In this document: piece after piece, positions 49,111-63,443 of the stretch | Numbering within the stretch: position 1 is the first letter of the stretch | How the letters are laid out: each line of letters opens with the position of its first letter | Assembly: GCF_963921235.1 (NCBI RefSeq) | Contig: NC_086097.1 | Location: 15,004,001 to 15,068,000 of the forward strand | Direction of reading: 5' to 3' | DNA length: 64,000 bases | Source of the DNA: Mobula hypostoma | Taxonomy: Eukaryota | Made by a program: the position numbers and the translations under genes | The notes under the pieces: model-generated | Databases searched by the model: none | Seen by the model: only the letters and a program-made list of their open reading frames with translations | What the model was told of the DNA's origin: nothing

Positions 49111-50814
49111 TTTAGACTAACTGATTTTCTGTCACATGGATTTCAACAAATTGACAAATTGCTTTTGTCGCCTTTAAATGCATAGTATGTTTGAGTAATA
49201 GGAAACTAAGGATGCTAATATTGCTAATGTTTGCATCATAACTATTCCATTGGTAATAGAATCCTGCCAAACAGCTAATTCTGCGCCACATTGGATAGTT
49301 TTGTGGTGGCTTAGCAAGGAACTTCACCCTCTGTTAGGGAGTGCCTCCATCTGGATGAGCCACATGCTCCAGGCTTCATGTGAACCAACAAATTCATTAC
49401 ATCCTAGTGTTTATAACAATAAATTAATCTGAATCTGAAATCTAACACTGAATGAAAGCAGATTATCGGTGGCAGTGTGTGCCAGAAATTGTTCTTTCTG
49501 GCTTAAATGAAATGCATCAACAGTAGACCTCCTCCTTTCACTCTTTCTTTAAAATGAGGTGGCACAGTTTCATAATAGTACAACATTTTTACATGCCAGC
49601 GACTGGGGTTCAATTCCCACTGCTGTCTGTGAGGAGTTTGCATGTTCTCCTCCAAACTGCATGGGTGTTGTCTGGGTGTTCCTTGTTTCTTTCCCCATTC
49701 CAAAGATGTACAGACGGGCTAGTGGATTAATTGGCCACATAACTGTAATTGGGCGGCACATACAAGGCCTATTACTATGCTGTATCTCTAAATCCATGGA
49801 CCCTTTGCTTAGTGGTTTTTGTCTGTCATAAGAAAGGGTTGGGAACCCCTACATTAAATCAGTAAGAGCTGGTGCTCTTGAATTGTGAAAATATAATAGC
49901 AGAAGTTTTTAAGTTTTTAATAAGTTTTTAAGAAAAGTGAGAGAGGAGAAGAGGGGAATAATAGACCTGTTTGTCAGACTTCAATGGCAGAGAAAATACT
50001 GTAATCTATTTTTAAGGAGGTTATAACAGGACTTTTAAAATATAATAGGAGTAGCCCCATTCAACCTGGATTTATGAAATGGATTTTGTGCTTAGCAAAT
50101 CTGTCAGAACTTTGTGATAAGGACAAATGATGTGGTGTGTTTCGACTTTTGGAGGGTTTTAGTAATAGCAAAGTGAAACATAATTAGCCTGCATAATATT
50201 GGTGATAGTACACTAGTTTTGATTAAGAATTAAAGAATAGAAAGCAGGAGGATTATCATTGGGTGGGTGGTAGTGTGATGGAGTTTTCATAATTTGTGTC
50301 AGAGATTTGGATGAAGGAATTAAATGTAATAAATGCAGACTTGCTACTGATTTCTGGTCAAGATGGTGCCGAGCTGCAATCTCTATTGAAATCATGGCTC
50401 AGATTTGTTTTAATGTTCGTAGCGATGGTTTTGGGGAGTTAAACGTCATGTTGGGGTTTGGGGACAGATATGGATGAGTTAGGGGTCAGGCCAGAGCCTA
50501 GGCATCCACTCTGCGCTTGAAAGCCAGTGACGTGCACAGGCAATGAAAGACATCCATAGATGTTGAGCTGTTCCAGGACGATGAGACAAGGGATCAAATG
50601 TCCGTGTGAGTTTTGGGTCCCGTCATCAGTTACTCCAGGTGTCAATACTGAAGACTGGAGCCCAAGAGCCAGTTGGAAGTCATGAGTCCTGTCCTGGAGT
50701 TGGATGTTTGTACTTGTATGTGGGTGATTGGGAGAGAAGAAAGGGGCTTGTTTTCCTGTTGCTTATGGTGTTCAGTTTGTGTTCTGTGTTGTTCTTCTGA
50801 GCATTGTGGACATG

Positions 50815-51072
50815 CTGGTGGTGTAGTGGCATCAGTGCTGGACTGCGGGACGAAAGGTCCCGAGTTCAAATCCGACTGGCTCCCCTGCACGCTTTCCATC
50901 CGTGCTGGGTTATGAGCTGGTGATCTCTTTGGAAACTCACCCAGCAGAAGGCAATGGCAAACTACTGCTGTAACTTGCCTCGTACGCGTTTCCCCACTAC
51001 GTCAGAGAGGTGTGGAGGGAAATCATCAGCTAACCGGAGAAACTCCAGATGCGACGTACCTTTCCTTTTTCC
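50815..51072 (+). mobile_element. tRNA-derived SINE nested in another repeat
   Basis: TGGTGTAGTGG A box, GAGTTCAAATCC B box, TACCTTTCCTTTT tail. Confidence 0.65.
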
Positions 51073-51373
51073 TATGTTAGCCCAGAAATGTGTGGTGACA
51101 CTTGCGGGCTGCCCCTAGCGCATTCTTAACTCTGTTGCTTGTTCACATAAACAGTGCATTTCACTGTATGCTTCCACGTACACGCGATAAATAAATCTTA
51201 ATCTAAATAAAAAACTCGGTGATAGTGTTAGTTATGATAAGGCTTCAAAGTTGGGTAGAGTGAATCGATGAAGACATGGCAGTTGAAGCACAATGTGGAA
51301 AATGTGAGGTCATGCACTTTGACAAAGCAGAGTATTTCTGAAATTTGAATCAGGTTTATTATCACTGACATAA

Positions 51374-51440
51374 CAGTACTGTGCAAAAGTTTTAGGCATG
51401 TATCTATAGCTAGGATGCCTAAGACTCTTCCACAGTACTG
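51374..51440. mobile_element. 67-bp Tc1-type mini-MITE hairpin
   Basis: CAGTACTGTGCAAAAGTTTTAGGCAT ... ATGCCTAAGACTCTTCCACAGTACTG imperfect TIRs. Confidence 0.7.
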
Positions 51441-53357
51441 AGTTTGTCAACGTGAAGTGGACAGTGAGTTTGTAAATTGGTGGGAGCAAAGGATGTTGGG
51501 AAAGCTGAGGGTGAAGTGCCTCAGGAGAGATTGGGACAAGTGGCAGAGAAGGAGTGCCAGGGACAGTGGGTGGCATAGGTGCAGACACACCCATCCCTGG
51601 GACACTAGGCAAGTTCATTTGATTCCGAACCATTAGTTTATTGATCATTACAGAATGTCTCACAGGTGCTTCTCTCTCCATCCGCTCTCCCTTCTCCCAA
51701 GCATGATTTCCCTCTCTCTGCCCCTTCCCACTCTGTCCTCAATCGAGACCCATATGAAAGTCTGGTTTATTAAAGGTTCAAAGGTCCAATTTAATGTCAG
51801 AGAAATGTATACAATATACATCCTGAAATGCTTTTTCTCCACTCACATATGTCATGAAATTTGTTGTTTTGTGACAGCAGTACAATGTATAAAAATTAGT
51901 ATAGGTTATAATAAGAAATATAAAAATAAATATAAACTAAATGTCATGTAAAGAGAGCAAAATAATAAGGTGTTTAGAATCTTACTGTAGAGGGGAGGAA
52001 GCCGTTCCTAAAAGTTGAGAGTGTGTCTTCAGGCTCCTGTACCACCTCTCTGATGGTGAGGGTCCTTAATGATGGAGGCTTCCTTCTTGAGGCACTGCCT
52101 TTTGGAGATATCCTCATCGGTCAGGAGACTGAAGCCCATGATGGAGTCTACAACCATCTGCAGCTTTTTTCAATCCTGCACGTTGGAGCATCCATACCAG
52201 AAAGAATGCTCTCTATCAAAATTGGTGTATCTGTCCAAATTTGCTTGAGGATTTGATGACATACCATATCTTCTAACTAAGTATAGCCATTAGCGTGCCT
52301 CCTTTGTGAGTGCATTGATATATTTGGTCCTCTGAGATATTAACACCTGGGAACCTGAAGCTGCTGACCTTTCAATTAAGATGTGTGTTCTCCTGACTTC
52401 CCCTTTATAAAGTCCACAATCGATTCCTTGGTTTTACTGACATTGGATACAAAGTTGTTGTTGAGACATCAATCAACAAGCTGACCTACCTGATTCCTTT
52501 ACATCTCTTCGTCACCATCTGAGATTCTGCCAGCAACGTTTGTGTCATCAGCGAATTTATAGCTGCATCTAACCACACAGTCATGACTGTAAAGAGTAGA
52601 GTAGTGAGCTAAGCACGCATCCTTGAAAAGCCTGTGTTGATTATCAATGAGAAGATGTTATTCCTCAGTGGTTAGAGATTGAAAGCCATTGGTGATTGTG
52701 TTCAAAAAGACCTGGATACAGGAGAATATAAATTACTTTGGAAAATCTGCCATGAGCCCAGCCCATAAGTGCAATTACGAAGAAAGCACAGCAGCGCCTC
52801 TGCTTCTTTAGGAGTCTGTGGAGATTTGGCATGACATCTAAAATTTTGACAAATTTCTATGGATGTGTAGTGAAGAGTATATAGACTGGCTTCATAAAGA
52901 CCTGGTATGGAAACACCAATGCCCTTGAACAGAAATCTAACAAAAAGTAATGGCTACAGCCCAGTCCTCACGGGCAAAGCCCTGCCCGCCACGAAACACC
53001 GTTGAGGAAAGCAGTATTCACCAACAGGGACTCCACCACCCAGGTCATGCTCTGTTCTCACTGCTGTCATCAGGAAGAAGGCACAGGAGCTTCAGGACTC
53101 ACATCAGGAACAGTTATTACCCCTCAGCCATTAGGCTCTTGAAACAAAGGTGAGGACGTGTTCGGCACAGTTTTGTGGACTGAAAGCCCTGTATTGTGCT
53201 ATGGTTTTTCTATGTTTTCTATGATTGAAAGAACAGGTATTGTGGTGCCATGCAGATATTATACAGTATCTAGAAAAGTATACATTGAGATTCATCTAAT
53301 CCTCTTAGATTTCAAAAAAAACTTCTGATTCTGTAGTCAAAAACAATATTGTTAATT

Positions 53358-54540
53358 AACCATATAACCATATAACAATTACAGCACGGAAACAGGCCAT
53401 CTTAGCCTTTCTCGTCCATGCCAAACTCTTACTCTCACCTAGTCCCACCGACCTGCACTCGGCCCATAACCCTCCAGTCCTTTCCTGTCCATATGTCTAT
53501 CCAATTTAACTTTAAACGACAACATCGAACCTGCCTCAACCACTTCTGCTGGAAGCTTGTTCCACACAGCTACCACTCTCTGATTAAAGAAGTTCCCCTC
53601 ATGTTACCCCTAAACTTTTGTCCTTTAACTCTCAACTCATGTCCTCTTGTTTAAATCTTCCCCACTCTCAATGGAAAAAGCCTATCCACGTCAACTCTGT
53701 CAATCCCCCTCATAATTTTAAACACCTCTATCAAGTCCCCCCTCAACCTTCTACGCTCCACAGAATAAAGACCTAACTTGTTCAACCATTCTCTGTAATT
53801 TAGGAGATGAAACCCAGGCAACATTTCAGTAAACCTCCTCTGTACTCTCTCAATTTTATTGACATCTTTCCTATAATTCGGTGACCAGAACTATACACAA
53901 TACTCCAAATTTGGCCTTACCAATGCCTTGTACAATTTTAATATTACATCCCAACTCCTATTCTCAATGCTCTGATTAATAAAGGCCAGCATACCAAAAG
54001 CTTTCTTCGCTACCCTATCCACATGAGATTCCACCTTCAGGGAACTATGCACCATTATTCCTAGATCCCTCTGTTCTATAGCATTCTTCAATGCCATTTA
54101 CCATGCATGTCCTATTTTGATTAGTCCTACCAAAATGTAGCACTTCACATTTTTCAGCATTAAACTCCGTCTGCCATCTTTCAGCCCACTCTTCTAACTG
54201 GCCTAAATCTCTCTGCAAGTTTTGAAAACCTACCTCATCATCCACAATGCCATCTATCTTAGTATAATCTGCATATTTACTAATCCAATTTACCACCCCA
54301 TCATCCAGATCATTAATATATATGACAAATAACATTGGACCCAGTACAGATCCCTGAGGCACACCGCTGCACACCGCTACACACCGTCCTCCAATCTTAC
54401 ACACAATTATCCACCACTACTCTCTGGCATCTCCCATTTAGCCACTGCTGAATCCATTTTACTACTTCGATATTAATGCCTAACGATTGAACCTTCCGTG
54501 TGGAACCTTGTAAAAGGCCTTACTGAAGTCCATATAGACA
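53358..54540 (-). mobile_element. CR1 LINE 3' fragment (different subfamily)
   Basis: GVPQGSVLGPMLFVIYINDLD...YADYTKI...LYKALVRPNLEYCV; tail appears as AACCATATAACCATAT on the plus strand. Confidence 0.9.
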
Positions 54541-55676
54541 ATTATTCAGGTAGAATATTGTTTTTTTTATAGAAATAAGAAGCTTGTATGGGAATTGCAT
54601 AAACAAGTGGCTTAAATCTGCAGGGTCAAATCAACCATCTTCGAAAATCCCACATTCTTATCAAACTAATAGTGTATCAAATCACAAACCAAGTAGACCT
54701 TTAATCTTTTCTTGGCTTGATCTTCTATGTTTACATGTTGTCTGCATGGTATTTAGTATGGTGAGAAGAACTGTACAAGTTTACTGTGAATTGTGTTGCT
54801 TTTTGAAAGTACTGTCTGTTTTTGTTTCTTTTGTTATTACAATGGAAGATATTATTCCCCCTCCTACTCCTGTACTGTACCCTGTAGAGTGTAGACGAAG
54901 CCAGATTAGGTTCAGACTAACCTGGGTTTGCATCTAGCTGTTTGTTTTATGTACTTTTGCTTCATGAGACTCCTGTTGCAGCTTTAAAGTGTGATTAAAC
55001 AGTGGGGATAGTTAATAGCCTTGGAGTAGACAAGTGGGCAAATGAAATACATGCAAAGATATGACAAGTGATACATTTTGGCCAAATGAATAAGAGATTA
55101 TATTGACTGCTGACAGAATTCTTCAGGGTGTGCAGTAACAAAGGGCCTGAGTCTATATGGCATAAATCATTAGTTAAGCATGTTGAGTGACATGTTGCTC
55201 AATTAGTAAAGTGTGATCTTCAAATTCATAAAATGAGGTAAAAAGTACAAAAACAGCAAAGTTATGTGGAACCTTTATAATACTGAGTACACCACCTTTA
55301 GAGTTTTGCATCCTTTTTCCATTAGCCAGAAGAGGGTGTAGATTAAAAAAATATTAAAAAAGCTCCTATAATAGAGTTGATCGGCGTCCACCTTGGAGCA
55401 AAGTTTGAGATGAAATTTATTACTGGTTTTGATAGGGGAAAGGTAGAGTGTAGCAGATGATCCAAGGTCCTCTGGACACATTTTATAATTTTATGCAGGA
55501 TGTGAGGTGGTGCGAGTCGTTTTGATTTAGAATTCACTACCTGTAGGAGTGTGGCAAGAACCAGTACCTTCGAAAGGGAATTGAATAGGCACCTGAACTT
55601 GCACATGTACTTGGGGAAGGAGCAGGGAGATGGGATTGTTCTACTATGACCTAGAATGTACTGGATAGGTCTAGTG

Positions 55677-56922
55677 CAGGGGTCCCCAACCTTTTTTGCA
55701 CTGCGGACTGGTTTAATATTGACAATATTCTTGCGGACCGGCCGACCGGGGGCGGGGGGGGTGCGGTTGGGGAGATAGGGTTGCCACCGGACAAGAGTAG
55801 CAGTCAAATACGTTGTGTTTACCCTGAGGAAAGACTACAATGACCATGAAGCCTTGCGCGGGCACCGGTGCGCATGCATAACCAGCGTACGCGTGCGTCT
55901 GCCGATTTTTTTCCCTGAAAATCGTTTTTGGAGATTCTGTTCGGGGCGGGGAGGTGGGGGTGTTGATCACAACCGGAATATAGGTGATATGTGGCTAATA
56001 CACTCAGTTTGTTTCTAAAAGGATTTATCTAACGAATTTAATATTAAACACACAGCGCATATTTTCCTCGCATGAATACAGTGATAATTCAATTATCAGG
56101 GGAGGACAGGGGAGCTTGAAGTAAGTGTTGAAAGAACTTCCAGTAGAAGTGGCAGAAACAGGTTCAATATTATCATTTAAAGAAAAATTGGATAGGTATA
56201 TGGACAGGAAAGGAATGGAGGGTTATGGACTGAGAGCAGGTCGGTGGGACTAGGTGAGAATAGCGTTCGGCACGGACTAGAAGGGCAGAGGTGGCCTGTT
56301 TCTGTGCTGTAATTGTTATATGGTTATATACGTCAATAGCATCATAACATTTTAAGTAACGTTTGGATATTAAACACACCGCATATTTTCCCCCTATGAA
56401 CATATAAAATCATTGCAACACACCTATATCGCTGAATCAGTGGGAGCCCTGGGCTTGTTTCCCTGCAACAAGACGGTCCTATCGAGGGGTGATGGGAGAC
56501 AGCGATACTCAAAGGGGCTTCCTTATGTCCAGTCTATTCCACAATTTAGTTTTCGTTGCATTCATTGCAGAAAACTCCGCTTCGCAGAAATATGTTGGAA
56601 GCAACGTTTTCGGTGCTTTTGTGGCTATCTTAGGATATTCAGCCTTGACTTTGATCCAGAATGCTGGCAGAGATGTTATGTCAAACATACTTTTCAGCCC
56701 GCCATCATTTGCAAGCTCAAGGAGTTGATCTCCTTCCCGCGCTGACATGGATGACGCGTGGATAATGACCTCGCATGCGTAATGGCTCAACAGTGGCCAT
56801 GACAAGGAATGAGGAAAGGTGCAGCTGACTCATATCGCCAAATCATGTCGTTTCCTCATGGCCCGGTAGCGCATGCTTTGCGGCCCAGTACCGGTCCGCA
56901 GCATGGTGGTTGGGGACCGCTG
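55677..56922 (-). mobile_element. Non-autonomous hAT (Charlie/Buster-like) DNA transposon with transposase C-terminal remnant
   Basis: TIRs CAGGGGTCCCCAACC / GGTTGGGGACCGCTG; perfect 8-bp TSD GTCTAGTG (55669-55676, 56923-56930); minus-strand SLPAFWIKVKAEYPKIATKA...TYFCEAEFSAM..TKTKLWNRLD resembles the hAT dimerisation domain. Confidence 0.92.
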
Positions 56923-57747
56923 GTCTAGTGGCCTTCCTCAATATATCATAATTCTATGATTCTTGTGATGAAAAATGCTTTAACAAAGAACAGATGTGAC
57001 ATCCCATATTAAACACTGTTTTAAGCTATAAAAATCAACTTTCAAGTTGAACTTCCACTTCATAGTTTGCAACCTCCCTAGTTGATATACTGTAATGATT
57101 TGATGCTGAGATTAGGATAAATATTAGGACAATGTTGTTTGTGTATTTTAAAACAAATCTTAGTTTGAATTTCTGATGACTGCTCTGGAGTATCTTGTCC
57201 CTTATGCAAATATAATTATACTATATTTGGATCTCAGCAGTTTAAATTTGTTCTTCTAATACTGCCAAGCTCTTTCTTTATTAGCACAAAACATGGTGGT
57301 TGAAGTATTGTCCACATTATCAGATTTTGTAGTTTGCAAGTGAATTTTCCCGTTGAACTGAATGATAAAAGCAAATTCCAAGTAATGACACCGGATAGAC
57401 TAAGCACTATGCCATGAGGAGGAAATCCTCTATTCATTTCTCTAGTTTTTAGAGGGCTGATGTAGAGCAACATTCATAAGCAGCTACTCATTCAGCTAAA
57501 GCAATAACATGCCAAAAAAAATAAGGAAACACATGGTATTCAAAGTCTCTGGTTTGAATTTTAAAAGAGGTCTCTCAAAGGGTGGTGTAGTGTTTTCATC
57601 ACATACACATGGCTGGCTCCTGTTGATATGATGTCATGTCATTGAAATTATTTACAAGTTATTATAGTGTTGGTATCAGAGGTTTTTGCTCACCACAGCA
57701 GGTGTGGTATACCAGTATATTCCTAACTTGTCTTTTCATTAATGTAG

Positions 57748-57879
57748 GTCACAGGAGGCTGTTGCCTCTTTCTGGCTGGAAAAGTAGAAGAAACTCCTAA
57801 AAAGTGTAAAGATATCATAAAAACTGCTCGAAGCTTGCTGAATGATGTGCAGTTTTCCCAATTTGGAGATGACCCCAAG
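57748..57879 (+). CDS. CCNK: Cyclin K coding exon 3 (132 nt)
   Basis: [44 protein letters not shown]; acceptor tgtAG, donor AAG|GTTGGT. Confidence 0.97.
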
Positions 57880-58139
57880 GTTGGTATTAATTTTTATTGT
57901 ATTTTAAGGATATCTGCATTCCCCTGTGAACAAAAAGATCTTCTCATCACAAAAATCTTTTGTGTTACTTTTCTGTGGTGGTATTGCATTGTGTTACATG
58001 TTATTTTTCCTCTATCCTCCCCTACGTGTGTTAAGAGCTGGGGAAAAATATTGCCTTGGTTTTGATTGATTAATATGGTTTCCTAGTTTGAAGAATGTGA
58101 ACTTTATTTTTGTTTTCAGCAATAGACCAGTTTCTTTAG

Positions 58140-59390
58140 TTCTGATTAGGTTTAATACCATCAGCATATGAAGTGAAACTTTTTAACTTAGCTGCAGCAG
58201 TACATTGCAATACATGATAAATATAGGAACAAAACAATTACATCAAGTATATATGCAAATTAAATAGTTAAATTAAAAATGTTGTGAAAACAGAAGTAAC
58301 ATTTTTTTTAAATGTGAGATAGTGTTCATGGGTTCAGTGTCCATTCAGAAATCGGATGGCAGAGGAGAAGAAGCTGTTCCTGAATCACTGAGTGTGTGCC
58401 TTTAAGCTTCTGTACCTCCTTCCTGATGGTACCAATGGGAAAAAGGCTTATTCTGGGTGATGGGGGCCCTTAATAATGGACGCCACCTTTCTGAGGCACC
58501 GCTCCTTGAAGATGTCTTGGATACTATGGAGGCTAGTAACCATGATGGAACTGACTAATTTTGCAACTTTCTGTAGCTTCTTTGGATCCTATGCAATACC
58601 GGACAGTGATGCAGCCTGTCAAAATGCTGTCCACAGTACATCCGTAGAAGTTTTCGGGTGTTTCAGGTGACAAATGAAATGTCCTCGAGCTCCTAATGAA
58701 ATATAGCCATTGTCTTACTCTCTTTGTAGCTGCATCGATATGTTGGGACCAGTTGAGATCCTCAGATATTTACACCCAGGAACTTGAAACTGCTCACTCT
58801 CTCCACCTGTGATCCATCTATGAAGATTGATTCCTTTGTCTTACCCTTTCTGAAGTGCACAATCAGCTCTTTGGTCTTACTGACGTTGAGGGCAAGGTTG
58901 TTGCTGCGACACCACTCAGCTGGATGGTATATCTCCCTCCTGTACACCTCCCCGTCTCCATCTGAGATTCTGCCGACAATGATTGTATCATCAGCAAATT
59001 TAGAGATGGCTTTTGAGCTGTGCCTAGCCACAAAGTCATGGAAATAGAGAAAGTAGAGTATTGGGCTAAGCTACATCCCTGAGGTGTGCCATTGTTGATC
59101 GTCATTGAGGAGTAGGCGTTAATGCTTTTCTGGTTAGGAAGTCGAGGATCCAATTACAGAGACCCAGGTCCTGTTGCTTTTCGATAAGCGCTGTAGGAAT
59201 GATGGTGTTTAAACGCTAACCTATAACCAATGAACAGTATCCTGACATAGGTGTTTGTACTGTCCAGGTGATCTAAGGCTGCACGAAGAGCTTTGGAGAT
59301 TGTGTCCACGTAGACCTATTTTGTCCGTAATCAAATTGCAGTGTGTCCAGGTTCTTGCTGAGGCCAATCTCTCAAAGCATTTCATCACCA
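58140..59390 (-). mobile_element. Rex1/Babar-type LINE fragment
   Basis: ISKFADDTIIVGRISDGD...WCRSNNLALNVSKTKELIVHFRK...FKFLGVNI. Confidence 0.87.
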
Positions 59391-60292
59391 TACTTGTAGT
59401 ATTTACATGAACCTGTAGTGATATTGTACATAAAATTCAGTACAGAGCCCCAATGCTGTTTTAGTCTGATCTGTAAACTGCTGCTCTTTCATTTTCTATG
59501 TATCAAGAGTAGGAAGGCATAATAGATAGAAAGAATTAGGAGGAGGAAACCATTGTCATAAAAGTCATCTTTAAAATCCTTGATACGTCATATCTATGTG
59601 ATTTAGGTCTTGGTAGTTGCACTGTTCTGCAATCACTTGCACTCTTCTTGGGCAGACCCTTGGGGTTGTGAATGACTTGCTTCCACTCCGGTTTTGTGAG
59701 TTCTGAGAACTACATACTCCCCCATTTGTGGGGCAGATGATGTGGGATCAGTTGGGTGGGTAGTTTGCGAAGTTGTCCACTCTTTTGCTCTCTGAGTGTT
59801 CTTGTTCTTGAGATCCTTGTGTTCCATCTGGAATGCTTCTTCACTTTAAGTGGTCATGGGCCAGAGAAAGGCAAAGCAGTAGCACTAATAAAACAAGCTT
59901 CAATATGCCAGTTAATTAATGTAACTTTCCTTTATCTCTGTGTTGGTTCAGCTGCATGTGCACCAGCAAGACGATAACTATTTTCTTTGTCCAGTAATTG
60001 GGTCCTACATTGGAGCAATTTAATCTGAGAGTTTGCTCTAAAAGAGCTTCTAGACAACTGAGCAGTATTTTCCACTGAATCTAATCTAAACTTTGATACT
60101 GAAATGTTTAGTTGGGTCACAGAACATCAGTGATATACAAAAAATAGTGATACTATTTCAGGTAAATGATTTTAATTGTTATTACACTACATTCGGTTTC
60201 GAAAAATTGGGTTATCTGAGCCAGATGGAAATTTGAGCTTACTGTCCTCTTTGCACATGTTTTTAAAAATATTTTCCTTGTTTTTGAATTAG

Positions 60293-60398
60293 GAGGAAGT
60301 CATGGTTCTGGAGAGAATACTACTACAGACAATTAAATTTGACTTGCAGGTCGAACATCCCTATCAATTCTTGCTTAAGTATGCTAAGCAACTAAAAG
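60293..60398 (+). CDS. CCNK: Cyclin K coding exon 4 (106 nt; absent from the ORF track)
   Basis: [35 protein letters not shown](G); acceptor ttAG, donor G|GTACTG. Confidence 0.97.
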
Positions 60399-62134
60399 GT
60401 ACTGGAATTGCATGTTTATGCTGAGAATGTGCAGTCTTAATTTTCTTTCACTTCTGTTTGCTGCTTTAACACTGCATGGCTTAGCAACGTGAGCACATAT
60501 TTCAAGCAAAACAACTCAGGTGGTTACATGTTTCAAATACGTATACCAAAAATAAGGACTGAGAAAAGGCTTTTGATGTTAAGCGTTAATAGCAATTAAA
60601 AATAAAGAGATGCAAAATTCACTTGAGAGCTCAATTTTTACCATATGGTTGCAAGGTTATTATGTGCTTAAAGTTTATAATGTGGTAAACTACAACATTT
60701 GAGAAATAAATTGACCATCTGGATCCTTATAATGAGATTGTAGTCTTGAAATCAATGTGCTGACTTTTCATTGTATGGGTTTGTTTGATTTGCGCATGGT
60801 GATGCTGAAGACCAGCCTGTTTTGTGTGATCTGTGAGATGTTCACTCTGAAAACAATGGCTTCCTTGGTTACTACTCAATATCTGAATATGTGTTAGTAA
60901 TATGGGAGGCTAAACTCTTAATTCCTGATGGATGAGGTCACATCCTTTTATTGACCTAGCAGCTGTCAATGTCTTGTAAATGCACTCACCAATATGATGT
61001 CGAGGCACAGAAATCAAAGTAGTTCGGATTTGATCCCAAGTTCACATTTTATGGACTTAGTGCGATGCTGCAATGCTGGGATAGATGGGCTTCTGTCATA
61101 AGGCTGGAGTAGATAGTGGTGGGTTTAAACTGCGAGGATACTGATGGATCTCTGTTGGCTTTATGATGGCTACCTCTGGATGGAAAAACTTTCCACAACC
61201 TTCTGTGTTACAAGTTCACCACCTTCTGCATGAAGAAATTCCTACACACTTTAGTTTTAAACGTCTGCCCCTTTTATTGTATGCATATTCCTTTATTTGA
61301 CACTCTCCAAAAAGAAAATATCTCAATCTATCCTGCCATACCCCTGCAGAACATATTTCTGTAAGATCACCCCCTATTCTTCTGAAATTATGAATTTATG
61401 AGATTTGTATTTGGTACATGGCAATTAGAAACTACATTCGTCTCCTGTTTGGTTTCATCCATCCAACATGGAGTTGGTTGTCCTGCAGATATTTGATTGC
61501 ATTTTCATTTAAAATAGCTTGTCCCTGTTTTCACAGTACCTCCTCTTAAGGTTTGATTCTTGCTGGGGTATATTTCACAGGGCGTTCACATTTGTTTTTG
61601 TTTACCAAATGCATAGTTTTGTTTGGCTGTGACACCATATAGCCAGACACCAGTTATTCACATCAAAATTAATTGAAACATATAAAATTCTTAGAATTTG
61701 ATTAAACAGATGGTCAGAACAGCTTCTGCTACTTGAAAGGTATGGATCACATACCAAGGATACAAAAGCAGTTTTCTGTATTACACACGTGTATTCCTGG
61801 CTTTGATATTAAACCAATGTGGTGCATTTACATGTGTGCAGTGTTTTGGGGGCATTTGCGGGATCTGGACTTGAAGCATGAACTGCTACAGTATATTATG
61901 TAAAATACATGTTATGCACAGTCTTAACAATCGTATGTAACCTGTTTGAGTTATATGAAGGAAGTGTCCAGTTTAGAGTCTCAGAGCCACATGTGACCAC
62001 AGAGTTCTAACAATCTTGCTTTGGAAGCCACAGTATGACGAAAGGGGTTGGGGTTCCATTCTGTTTTTTTGTGGTATTGTTTACTCATTTGCTCTATTTG
62101 AATTTTCTGGCATTGAAGATAATGGTGCCCAAGG

Positions 62135-62708
62135 AAGATGGTGTAATGCTGAGCCTTTCTACGGCATTGGTTAGATTGCACTTGGAGTATTGTGAGCAGT
62201 TTTGGGCCCCGTATCTCAGAAAGGATTTGCTGCTGGTATTGGAGAGGTTCATGAGAATGATCCTGGGAATTAAAATATTAACATTTGAGGAGTGTTTGAT
62301 GGCTGTGCCTATACTCATTCAGGTTGAGAAGAATAAGGGGCAATCTCATTGAAATTTGTCAAGTATTGAAAAGCCTTAATAGAGTGGATAAGTAGAGGTT
62401 ATTTCCTATAGTGGGGAAGTCTAGGACCAGAGGGCACAGTTTTAGGATAGAAGGACATCCATTAAGAATGAACATGAAGAATTTCTTGAGGCAGAGGGTG
62501 GTAAATCTGTGGATTTCATTGCAATAGATATCTGGTGGCCAAGTCATAGGGTATATAGGTTCTTGATTAGTGAGGGTGTCAATGTCAAAGGTTACGGGGA
62601 GAAAGCTGGAGAATGGGATTGAGGGGATAATAGATCAGCCACGATGAAATGATGGAAAAGACTTAAAAGTGCCAAATGACCTAATTCTACCACTTTGCTT
62701 TATGGTCA
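62135..62708 (+). mobile_element. Old CR1 LINE 3' fragment
   Basis: ALVRLHLEYCEQFWAPYLRKD; decayed 3' UTR. Confidence 0.8.
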
Positions 62709-63062
62709 TGACACCACAAACTTGGTTAATAAGAATAAAGATTTGAAACTTATGGATATGCCTGGGGGCTACGTGAGTACTGAGTCATGGATATGGACAC
62801 TTCAGATCAATCAAGGGCCATGTTCAGAAGCCTAGATAAAGTGAAACTTAATGTAAATTAATGACTTGTAAAGGGGAAGAACTTCCTGAGATGTATGTTT
62901 TTCAAAGTTGATGTGGTAGTAACAGGGATGGTTGCACTAAAGTACTAATTTATTTTGCAGTAGCTAAACTCTAAGCTTAAATCTAACTTATTTTCTTCTT
63001 GATTCATAGGTTTTGAGCTTAGAGGTTACACATAATGTTAGTCCAATTTTCTCTTTCTGCAG

Positions 63063-63120
63063 GTGATAAAAACAAACTTCAAAAGCTGGTGCAAATGGCC
63101 TGGACCTTTGTAAATGACAG
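63063..63120 (+). CDS. CCNK: Cyclin K coding exon 5 (58 nt; absent from the ORF track)
   Basis: (G)[18 protein letters not shown](S); acceptor ctttctgcAG, donor AG|GTAAGC. Confidence 0.97.
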
Positions 63121-63273
63121 GTAAGCAATCTTTTGAAGTGTACTGTTCTTAACATAGCCATGAAAGGCGATCATACGTTAATAGGATAAATTCATTATGT
63201 TGGTTTTGGATTTGTTTTTCATATGCTGCTTTGCAATAGCTCCTTTAACAGTGTGTTAATTTTTTTCTTTCAG

Positions 63274-63443
63274 TTTGTGCACTATGCTATGTCTTCAGTG
63301 GGAGCCTGAGATTATTGCAGTGGCTGTGATGTACCTAGCTGGCAGGCTGTGTAAATTTGAGATCCAGGAGTGGTCGGCCAAGCCAATTTACAGGCGATGG
63401 TGGGAGCAGTTTGTACAGGATGTGCCTGTTGAATTACTGGAAG
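63274..63443 (+). CDS. CCNK: Cyclin K coding exon 6 (170 nt); gene continues beyond the window
   Basis: [56 protein letters not shown]; acceptor ttctttcAG, donor G|GTACAG. Confidence 0.97.

Noticed and set aside
47528..49850. One large hAT element bounded by CAGGGGTTCCTAACC and GGTTGGGAACCCCT
   Set aside because: No matching 8-bp TSD; better explained as two partial copies of a short MITE (third piece near 19675-19705).
50815..50890. Possible tRNA genes (also ~6176 and ~16403)
   Set aside because: A/B boxes are present, but there is no convincing cloverleaf and SINE bodies follow.
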